Source: Octopus vulgaris
Lineage: Eukaryota
Direction: 5' to 3'
Assembly (NCBI GenBank): GCA_951406725.2
Contig: OX597818.1
Coordinates: 42,594,001 to 42,658,000 of the forward strand
DNA: 64,000 bases
Both the position numbers and the translations under genes were made by a program. Positions 26,476 to 36,819 of the stretch are shown piece after piece; position 1 is the first letter of the stretch; each line of letters starts with the position of its first letter. The notes beneath the pieces were generated by a model. That model saw only the letters and a program-made list of their open reading frames with translations. It did no database searches and was not told the origin of the DNA.

Positions 26476-28596
26476 CCAAATTACAGGAAATTGAGAGGAT
26501 GTAAGAATTTTGTAAGTTTACCACATGGACAATAAACTTATACAATCCTTCTTCAGGTAAAAGAAAATGCAGTCCCTGTCTGATGCAACGGAATTACTAA
26601 CTGAATGAATGTTAGTTTATATTTAGATGGTGAAGATATGCCAGTTTATTAGTTTAGTAAATCTGTGACAAACATGGCCATCCCCACAGCATAGTGTATT
26701 GCAGCAAAATAACTTTTACAACTTCTACAATTTATTATGTCTATTAACATTGAGATCCATCAATCAACTTCATTGCATGTTAAATAAATATTATTATAAC
26801 GGTGTTGAAATATTTGTTTTCTCAAATGTTTGGTGGTGACCTAACAACTGAAAATTATGATTCTATAGGTCTGGATAAGTTTCTATCACTTTTAGATAAG
26901 TATGTGGTATTGTGGTATTAATGATTTCCCAAATGCTTGGTAGCCTAATAACTAAAACTTTAAGTCCTATAGACCAATGGTTATCGAACTAACAAATACC
27001 AGATTCTCATCACCAAAAATATTAACAAAATATTTTTGTCTTCCCCCTTTATTGATGAGAAAATATAGCAATGTTTGCATCCCTATAATTCCTCTTTCTT
27101 CACTATAAGGTTTAGACAAGTTTTAAAAGTTTAAAACCTTCTTAGATTTAGTTATCCTTTGACTGTTTAATTATATTTCATGGTCATTCTTATAATGATG
27201 CTAACCCTTTACAATGCTAACCCATTACAATCCACCATTAGAAGGAGGTGGTGAAAAGATTTTTTCTTTGTACCAAAATATCTGTTAGACAAATATATCA
27301 AAATGCTGCAAAAGGTTTTTACTTCAGTTATCCAGATATCAAAATATTTTTTGTTGCCATATGGCAACTTTAGACCTGAACGGAAATATAAATGATGACT
27401 TTTACCAGGATACAATATATGGCGCAGCAACATTTCCTGCTCTCATGTGTTCCTAATTACCATGACCTGGTAAGTTCGTTTGTTCTACAAGCTCTGTTAT
27501 ATTGTTGGACCAGAATTGGGAGAACAGATCATATGGTGAAAGCACATCGAAATCATCTGGTGGCAAAGAAAATGGCTCTCCTTAAAATTCTGTTGTCCAT
27601 TTTGGTGGTTCCATATTCTGCCAACAGAATTTATGGTTTTTCAGCAAATTTTCTGTGGTCATATCCTCAACACCTGAATCCCTATAAAATTCAGAAGATT
27701 CAGATTCAGGTATCTCAGTTGAATTTGAATCTATCTGTGTTATCGATGGAGCAAGAACCATTTGTGGAGACCAGTGGAAGAGCTGATTGATGTTGATGAG
27801 TTACATGGAAACCACTGAGAAGATTATTAGAGACTGGATTGTCTACAGTACTAGAACCAGCAATTTGCAATTCTGATTGTGAAATAGAACAAACAATTGT
27901 CAAAATTCCTAACCTCTACATCTTAACCAATCATATTCTGCTCATACTTGTCATCATTCTCACAAGTAGAAATCGCTCTGTGATTTCAGGTGTGTCATCT
28001 TCACCTGAATCTGGCAACTCACCAATATCTGAGTCATCATCACCAGAGAGAATATACTGAAGAACCTCTTCTGTTGTGTAACAGCTCTTTTTTGAAGTCG
28101 ATGCTTCATTTTCCTAAACGAAAAGAAAAATAACATGTAAATATAATGACACAAAGGACACAAAAACAAGCTTTGATTGATAAATGACGAAGGTTAGGGT
28201 TCGAATGTGTTCAAACAATACAGTTGAATGGTAATGTTGTAAGGTGGGGAATTACAACAACCCCAGCCTTCCCCAGGGTAAGAAGCCTCATTGTAAGCAA
28301 CTTACAACACATTCCACATATTTATATAAATGTAAAAGATCAGTAACATGAACAGGCATTAGACTTATTTTTGTAGTAAAACATAATTCTTGAAGTTTAA
28401 GGTTGCCATATGGCAACTAAAAGAAAGACCTTCTTCTATCACTTTCATTATATTTGTTGTGCAGCTTGCGAAGTATTTAATACATAAGTACTGACTTTGC
28501 CCTGTATAACAGTACTTTATCAAGAAACATAAACTTCATACAATAACAATAGTAAACGGTCAAACTTACTTTCTATGTTGACATAAATACCAAGGT

Positions 28597-29013
28597 TCTT
28601 ATTTCTTTACTGCCCACAAGGGGCTACACACAGAGGGGACAAACAAGGACAGACAAACAGATTAAGTCAATTATATTGACTCCAGTGCGTAACTGGCACT
28701 TATTTAATCGATCCCAAAAGGATGAAAGGTAAAGTCAACCTCGGCGGGATTTGAACCCAGAACGTAGAAATAGACGAAATACCTATTTCTTTACTACCCA
28801 CAAGGGGGCTACACACAGAGAGGACAAACAAAGACAGACAAACGGATTAAGTCGATTATATCAATCCTAGTACATAACTGGTACGTATTTAATCGACCCC
28901 GAAAGGATGAAAGGCAAAGTCGACCTCGGTGGAATTGGAACTCAGAACGTAGCGGCAGACGAAATATTGCTAAGCATTTCACCCGGTGTGCTAACAATTC
29001 TGCCAGCTCACCT
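28597..29013 (-). mobile_element. Meta/OK-like SINE (full copy plus duplicated 3' part) with taccaaggtt TSD
   Basis: Reverse complement of gtgagctggcagaattgttagc...gcctttcatcctttcggggtcg; flanking taccaaggtt on both sides. Confidence 0.8.
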
Positions 29014-29247
29014 ACCAAGGTTGATTGCACTAGCTTTCCAGGCCCATATAAGCTCACAGCTGTTATCTTGATATACTCAAGAATGAGAAGCATCATAGAA
29101 GATTCCAATAACACATTCCATTGGACGGGATCACATGTGGTCGTATCATATAGATGATACAATCGCACGCGATCCCATTCTTATTGAGTTAGACAAACCA
29201 TTTATACATGCAGCACAATAGAACATAAGGGATTGACAACAAGTCAC

Positions 29248-30253
29248 TGTTTGAGAGGCAAGATAAGATTTTATTTACAATGAAGTTAAGGTTGGAAGTG
29301 TATGAGAGCATGCAACACGTGTTTGTGTCTGTGTGTTAGTGCGTGACAGAACAATGAATGTGGTTGACATAGAAAAGTACCTGATGGTGGAAGATAGCAG
29401 TCTTTGGTTGTTGAGCGTACATTGGCATAGTGGTTAAGGAACAGTTGTATCATTTTGTTGTTTAGCGCTGTCTCTGAAGCTAGTTCTTACAAGAACTAAA
29501 GACAGGTAATTGATTTACTGTTTATGAGGTACACGAGGTGTAAGAGTTCAATATCAAGATGTTGTGTCTCGGAGCTGAGATTAGTTGAATCGCTTGTTGC
29601 GTTTATCTTTCTCTTGATATGAATATACTCCAGATATGTTAACTGCAGCCGTTTCTTCCGTGGTGAGATTTCACCTAACCGCTATAGTTGAATCTGTGAT
29701 AGTCTTGTGTACTATTTAAAACTTCGTAGCTAGGGACGATGTTTGCTTGGTTTTTGTTCCTCTTGGTGTAGATTACTGCAACTGTTTTTCCGTGGTGTGG
29801 TTTTCACACAAACTGTATGAGTTGATTTTATAGCCATCTTATGTACGAGCTAAATCTTCGTAGGTAGCGACGGAGTTGGTGATGCCGTTATGTCTGGTTA
29901 TATGGTCTCCGACCAAGACCTTAGAAGGTCTTAAGCCGACAGACGAGCTCTGTGGTCAGAGACTTAGCTCTGAAAAGAACTAAAAGCCTAAGACGAATAT
30001 TTGTCTGAAAAACCTTCTTTATATAAGGTTAATACGGCTCCAAATGAACTTCAGAAATGGAAAGCTGTGATTGGCTGCTTGGAACTATGGCGCGAAAATA
30101 AGCGGAGGCAAATCGCGTCACGTGATGACCAGCGGTGCGAACGTAGTAGAGACCAACGTGTCAGCCAATCGAATTAGTGTTTCCAACAATGTTGAACTAG
30201 CCAAAGATGTTTGTAATCTCGACCGAGGTTATTCTTAATACTCTTCTCAAACA
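29248..30253 (-). mobile_element. Solo-LTR-like element (~1 kb)
   Basis: TGTTTGAGA...TCTCAAACA ends; CCAAT boxes (~30070, ~30165), TATA (~30020), AATAAA near the 3' end (~29270); CpG-rich; no clean TSD. Confidence 0.6.
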
Positions 30254-31363
30254 GTGAAGATAGCAATGAGAGAACAATATTGCTACAAATGGAAGCAATT
30301 TGTGATATTTTACAGAACATAACTGTTTTAGTTGCCATATGGCATCTATGGACCGTAAGGGGTAAATTATCCACTAAAAGGTGGAATTAACATTTGCTGT
30401 ATCTAAGGTGGTGAGCTGGCTGAACTGTTAGCACACCTGGCTAAATGTTTAGTGGCATTTCATTCATCTTTATGATCTATGTTCAAATTCCACCAAGGTT
30501 TTTTTTCCCTTTCATCCTTAGGGATGTACTTGACTTAACATCACCCCTAAACTTGCTGGCTTTGTGCCAAAATTTGAAACCAATATTTGCTGTATCTTCT
30601 TCAGTTTCTCCTGTTTTCATATCTACCACTAAAAGTATTCTATTCATGCTCAGTAAGGAAATAGTTGATGAAATGTGTAAGAAAATTTGAAAAAAGGTGT
30701 TTTGTAGAAGCTGTCACTGGGGACGTCTCCACTTCTTGCTGCATGATAAGGGGTTTTTTTATAAAAGTTGTGGAGTAAGACTACTTTCTATAGTTAACAG
30801 TAGTAAAAAGTTTTGTGTAGTTATAACTGCTTTCCATATTGAAAGGGCTAAACATAGCAATTTATTTACTCTCTTTCACATCCTTACAAACTACCACGAG
30901 AAACAATGCATTAGTAGTTAATATCAGCTTACTGCTTGCTCTAAAAATGGCTTTCATTCATGAGCTCAGAAGAAAAACAAATATTTACAAGTATGGGCTA
31001 CGAAAATTTGGTCTACTGACATATGTCTTTAGATACAACAAAATACTTTTAATATTATCAGCAATATAAGTGGAATTAAACCACAAGACTCTTAATCATA
31101 GAAACACTATTAACAAATATGAAAACAAAGTCAACAAGAACAAATAAAGGTACTTGAAGATTGATAAGCTACTTAAGAACATTTACAAGGCTTTTATTTA
31201 TTTTTTTACTTATTATTGTAGAAAAATTATGATGTAATGTCATATATCAATAAACAATATACTTGTTTACTGTTTTTAAATTGTTGTCTTTTTCATATGC
31301 AGTTTATTGTTTATTGTTTATTGTTTTCTTTGTACTTTTTGTCATTCTATATAAATTTTGATT

Positions 31364-31425
<62 letters not shown>

Positions 31426-31427
<2 letters not shown>

Positions 31428-31830
31428 CGTAGGAGTGGCTGTGTGGTACATAGCTTGCTTACCAGCCACATGGTTCTGGGTTCAGTCCCACTGCATGGCA
31501 CCTTGGGCAAGTGTCTTCTACTATAGCCTTGGGCTGACCAAAGCCTTGTGAGTGGATTTGGTAGACGGAAACTGAAAGAAGCCCGTTGTATATATATATG
31601 TGTGTATGTATGTATGTGTGTATATATGTTTGTGTGTCTGTGTTTATCCCCCCAACATTGCTTGACAACTGATGCTGGTGTGTTTACGTCCCCGTAACTT
31701 AGCGGTTCAGCAAAAGAGACCGATAGAATAAGTACTAGGCTTACAAAGAATAAGTCCTGGGGTCAATTTGCTCGACTAAAGGCGGTGCTCCAGCATGGTC
31801 GCAGTCAAACGACTGAAACAACTAAAAGAG
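31426..31830 (+). mobile_element. Full-length CORE-type tRNA SINE
   Basis: ggcgtaggagtggctgtgtggt A box, ggttcagtccc B box, CORE, internal (TA/TG)n, 3' gactgaaac. Confidence 0.85.
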
Positions 31831-32163
31831 TAAAGAGTAAAGAGATATATATCTGTTGTTGTTGTTGTTGTTTTCCTTATTTTGATTTTATAAGGACTCC
31901 AACTGGATTGTTAAAGTACATTCTAAAGAGCAATGTTGCCACTAATCTTTTAGCTATCAGTATAAGCTCAAAATCTTATGCTGTGCAAAGAAAATAGATA
32001 ACTTAACTATGGTCTGTCTATAGCACTTATTCAGCATTACCTGACACCTTTGGGTTTCAATGGCACCATTAACTCTTATTTATCATCATCATCATCGTTT
32101 AACGTCCGCTTTCCATGCTAGCATGGGTTGGACGGTTTGACTGGGGTCTGGGAAACCAGGAGG

Positions 32164-32201
<38 letters not shown>

Positions 32202-32202
<1 letters not shown>

Positions 32203-32364
32203 TTTATTTTAAGCAGCAGAAAATTCAACAAAATCTGTTACTCTGAGTTTCTCGTTGCCGTTCATCAGACAGTTTTTGCTAGAATGGCAAAAACTGTCTG
32301 ATGAACGGCAACGAGAAACTCAGAGTAACAGATTTTGTTGAATTTTCTGCTGCTTAAAATAAAG
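32202..32364. ncRNA. Perfect 78-bp inverted repeat carrying a minimal type-I hammerhead ribozyme motif on each strand (Penelope pLTR-derived)
   Basis: ctgt-CTGATGA-acg gcaa cga-GAAA-ctcagag-TA-acag at 32294-32331, mirrored in the left arm. Confidence 0.75.
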
Positions 32365-32534
32365 CATATTACTCTACCACTGGTATTTGAGTATATATAT
32401 ATATATATATATATAAAATAGAAAAGAGTGAAAAAACTACAGGAGGCTTGTTTTATAAGGTTAAAGAATATATTTAAGTTGTTATGTTAGAAAAATGTTA
32501 TAAAATTTTGTATATAGTAACATAGTTTTTGGAG

Positions 32535-32608
32535 AAATTACTGGTTTCGTGTAAGCTTTTCAAATTTCTCATGAGAAATTTCAAAAGCTTACACGAAACC
32601 GGTAATTT
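32535..32608. ncRNA. Palindrome with two variant minimal hammerhead motifs
   Basis: aaat-TTGAAAA-gcttacac-GAAA-ccag-TA-attt (- strand) and aaat-TTCAAAA-gcttacac-GAAA-ccgg-TA-attt (+ strand). Confidence 0.55.
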
Positions 32609-32745
32609 TATCCTATTGCTTCAGTTCACCATAGCAAAGTTACATAGATCTCAATAGCTCAATACACCTGGCTGTAAATAATTATCATGGTTAGAAAATT
32701 TATTCAACAGATATCTAAACAGTCAAGCCCATACCAGCATGGATG

Positions 32746-33139
32746 TGTAGCGAGGCACAAGGAAGCTAGCACCCTTTTGAAACAGTGAGATCTCACCTGC
32801 AAACATTGCCATGTGTGAGACAAAAACGAGATCCCACCTGCAACCATTAATTAAGGAAAAGAAAACAACATTTTCCCTCTCATTCTTCTCACGCTGACAT
32901 GAGCAAGACTTTAAAGCTAGGAGCTCACAGTGGACATTTGTCCTGGCTATGATACCACATGCACTGTCTCCAGAGGTTTTTGAACCTCATGTGAATGGAA
33001 GAGAAGGCTAACTACGCACTTCTGTGAAGATGGTTACTGAAAGCAAACCCCTTGTATGAAATACCTGTGAATAAACGGTTATTGACTTTACTCCGCCTGA
33101 GAACTTCATTCTTCGTATTTCCAGCTCCTTCAATCAACA
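32746..33139 (+). mobile_element. Possible LTR
   Basis: TG...CA ends, internal direct repeat gagatc(t/c)cacctgcaa, AATAAA at ~33069; no PBS or TSD found. Confidence 0.3.
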
Positions 33140-34049
33140 GAATAATTATAATGGAAGAAGAGGATACCCCAAAAGTATTTTTTAAAAAAAGCCTTCCTTC
33201 CATCATAGATGTTAAATAATAAAGATGACAATGTCACTGCTAATGACACTGACACTGCTGGTTCCACCAATAACAACCAACATCGATATCAACACTGATG
33301 ATGACAAGGAGTTATACTCTGAGCCGAGACAGGAAGAAAAAAGACAGCCATCTGGTGAATAGGTATTTACAAACAACTCAATCAAGTGAAATAAATATAA
33401 AGAAACACACTCAGAAAAAGCTTGATGAAAATTTTTGAACAGGATAATAATCAACCAATTAAAGCAACATCACCACAGCATAGGTTAAAAGGTTTCACTG
33501 GAGCTGGCAAGCCAGAGGACTAAGCTCCAATGTCTGCTTCAGCATGGTTTCTATAGCTGGATGCCCCCACCCCAATGCCAAACAGCTTACAGACTGTACT
33601 GGATGTGTCTTGTCAGGTCACCAAGTAACCTGTGAGACAAAAGCCTTCCACGGAGAGAGGGGAATAGTATTGAAGAAAATAGCTTTATGCCAAGTGATGA
33701 AAGATTAAGGTATGATAGAGATAGAAGGAAAGGAACAGGTGTCTCGCAATAGAAAAGATACATGTTTACCCCAGTTGGAAAAGAAAGAGAACCATCTTTA
33801 AAATTCCTTGAATATCTAGAAAATGTTGTATTGAACACTGCTGTTTCTGTTTCCAAGTATTCATATTGTAAAAACTGGCACAGCTATGGTTGTGTGGTAA
33901 GAAGTTTGATTCCTCAATCTTACTGCATGGCACCTTGGGTGAGTGTCTTCTGCTATAGCCCTCACCCAACCAAAGCCTTATGAGTGAGTTTTATAGATGG
34001 AAACTAAAAGAAGCTCAATGTGTATAAATATACATATATATACATATAT

Positions 34050-34272
34050 GCGGTCAGCTGGCAGAAATGTTAGCGTGCCGGGCGAAATGCTTAGCGGTAT
34101 TTCATCTGTCGTTACATTCTGAGTTCAAATTCCGCTGAGGTCGACTTTGCCTTTCATCCTTTCGGGGTCGATAAATAAAGTACCAGTTTCACACTGGGGT
34201 TGATGTAATCGACTTAATCCCTTTGCCTGTCCTTGTTTGTCCCCTCTATGTTTAGCCCCTTGTGGGTAGTAA
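34050..34272 (+). mobile_element. Meta/OK-like tRNA SINE
   Basis: agctggcagaaatgttagc...gagttcaaattcc...gcctttcatcctttcggggtcgataaa. Confidence 0.85.
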
Positions 34273-34481
34273 AATATATGTATGTGGATTAAACAGAACA
34301 AGAAGAGACACATGGGATGAGGAGCTGCTGATGAGGTCACACGATGCCTGACAAAAGATTTCAGACAAAGGACACTAGAATAAGAATAATAATAAAGATG
34401 AAGTGAAGAGTAAATATATAGTGTGATTATTTATTTAGCAAAGGAAAAGAAAATGACCATCCCAGAATATAACAATATCAA

Positions 34482-35768
34482 CAGGATGTCCCAGAAAGAT
34501 TTACCCATGTTTAAAACTTTTCCTAAAGAATATCAGTTCAGATAACATTACCTATATTTTACATAAAGATTTGCATATGTATTTTGTTCATGTGTCTATT
34601 GTGTTTAGTTCATCTATAACAGGTTTGTAAATAAACATGGCATTCAAAGCAGAACGTGACCAGATTGTTACTTTGAAAACAGCTGGAGTGAACAACAAGG
34701 ACATAACAAAACAGTTAAATGTATGTTGTAAAACAGTGTTCAGTACCTAGAAATGACATATAGAGTCTGTTACTACCTCTAGCAAACCAATTCTTGGTAG
34801 GAAGTGATCAGTTTGTACCAAACAAACTGTTGAGGCTGTAAAAAAGTGAATGAATTGAAATCCCCACAGGAGTGCAAGAGAAACTGCAAAAGCTCAGGAT
34901 ATTTTGAAATTGTCGATGCACAGGCTTTTTAAAGAGGATTTAAAGCTAACTGCACACTAGAAACAATGATAGCAGTTAATTACAGTAGCTTCCAAGAAAT
35001 AGCTCAACAGGGGTAAAGCCATGTTAGCTGAGATAAAACTATCAAAATGTTGATCTGATCCAATGAGAAGATCTTCACCATGGAGGCAGTAACCAACAGG
35101 CAGAATGACAGGCTTTATGCATGTAATGCAGGAGACTTGCCCAAACATAGCAGGAGTCACTTATGCCATCAGAAGCCAGCTTCACTCATAGTGTGGGCCA
35201 TAGTTGCATCTGATGGGTCCAAATCTTCCTTGATCTTCATTGATGCTGGTGTCAAGGTCAACAGTGAAGTTTATCCAGAAATGTTGGATGAGAAAATGTA
35301 TCCTGGGTGACAGAAACCTTTGGTGACCATTACATCTTCACTTAAGACAGGGCTCTGGCCCACACATCCTGTTTGACACAGAGGTGGCACAAAAAGCATT
35401 TCAGCAGTTTTGGGGACAAGACAATGTGTCCCTCAAGTTCCAGACATGAATCCCATGGATTTTGCTATCTGGTTCATCTTAGAGAATAATGTTTCTGCTT
35501 GCTCCAATTCAAATGTATCAGATCTGAAGAAAACCCTTCTGTCTTCATGGGTCAAGTTGAATGAAGAGGTAGTACAGCACTCATGCAATTCAGTGACCAC
35601 TCATTTGCAGGCTGTGATTAAGGCAAAAGGTGGTCATTTCGAAATGTAATTACTGCGATGGATTGACAATTTACATTAGAATGTGTGTGCCTAATTTCAT
35701 TATCCTACCTTAAGATTACTTTGAATAACTAAGAAATATCAATGGTTAAATCTTTCTGGGACCCCCTG
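34482..35768 (+). pseudogene. Decayed Tc1/mariner (maT/DD37D-like) transposon
   Basis: TIRs caggatgtcccagaaagattta / taaatctttctgggaccccctg|ta; 'VWAIVASDGSKSSLIFID..VKVN', 'PDMNPMDFAIW', 'AVIKAKGGHFE'. Confidence 0.9.
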
Positions 35769-35769
35769 T

Positions 35770-35924
35770 ATGTGGCTGTATGGTGAGTAGCTTGCTTACT
35801 AATCACATGGTTGTGAGTTCAGTCTCACTGTGTGGCACTTTGGGCAAGTGTCTTCTACTATAGCCTCGGACTGACCTAAGCCTTGTGGGTGAATTTGGTA
35901 GACAGAAACTGAAAGAAGCCCGTC

Positions 35925-35986
<62 letters not shown>

Positions 35987-36250
35987 GCATGTATGTATGT
36001 ATGTATGTATGTATGTATGTATGTATGTATGTATGTGTGTGTGCTTGTGTTTCTGTGTTTGTATCCCCCACTATTGCTTGGCAACTAATGTTGGTATGTT
36101 TACATCCCCATAACTTAGCAGTTCTGCAAAAGAGACTGATAGACTAAGTACTAGGCTTACAATGACTGAGTCCTGGGGTTGATTCGTTCAACTAAACTTG
36201 GTGATCCTGCATGGCTGCAGTCAAATGACTGAAACAAATAAAAAAATAAA
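35770..36250 (+). mobile_element. CORE-type tRNA SINE
   Basis: Same family as 31426-31830. Confidence 0.8.
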
Positions 36251-36414
36251 AGAATGCATGTATGTGTGTGGAGAGAGTGCATGTCAGTGTGTTATTGTCT
36301 TTTTTTGCTTTCACACACTTATTGGAGTGGTCCTTCAGTTTTTCTAAGCCCTATACAAGAACTCAGAAGGTTGGGCTTCCAAACAGGCCTTTCATGACAC
36401 CCTTTAAGCCAGGA

Positions 36415-36569
<155 letters not shown>

Positions 36570-36673
36570 CTTTATATAATTAGGATTGACCGTAAATGGT
36601 CCTTTTACATACTGAACATTGCTTGGTAAAATTATTAATTACTAATTAATTAATTAATTTTACCCTTATTAGT

Positions 36674-36709
<36 letters not shown>

Positions 36710-36819
36710 CACAAGCACTCACACACACACACACACATGCACGCACACACACATATGATGATTTATGCATACATATATAAAAATATACACATGCATACAT
36801 GTATCTATACATGTGGACA

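Larger units (their letters stand above)
27221..30361 (-). mobile_element. Internally deleted piggyBac (PGBD3-like) element with intron-containing transposase and nested insertions
   Basis: TIR-like cccattacaatcca / tggaccgtaaggg; palindrome GTTGCCATATGGCAAC x3; 'YTTEEVLQYILSGDDDSDI' and 'SPYDLFSQFWSNNITELVEQTNL' on the - strand. Confidence 0.75.

Noticed and set aside
31426-31500. tRNA gene
   Set aside because: A/B boxes belong to a SINE head, with no complete cloverleaf
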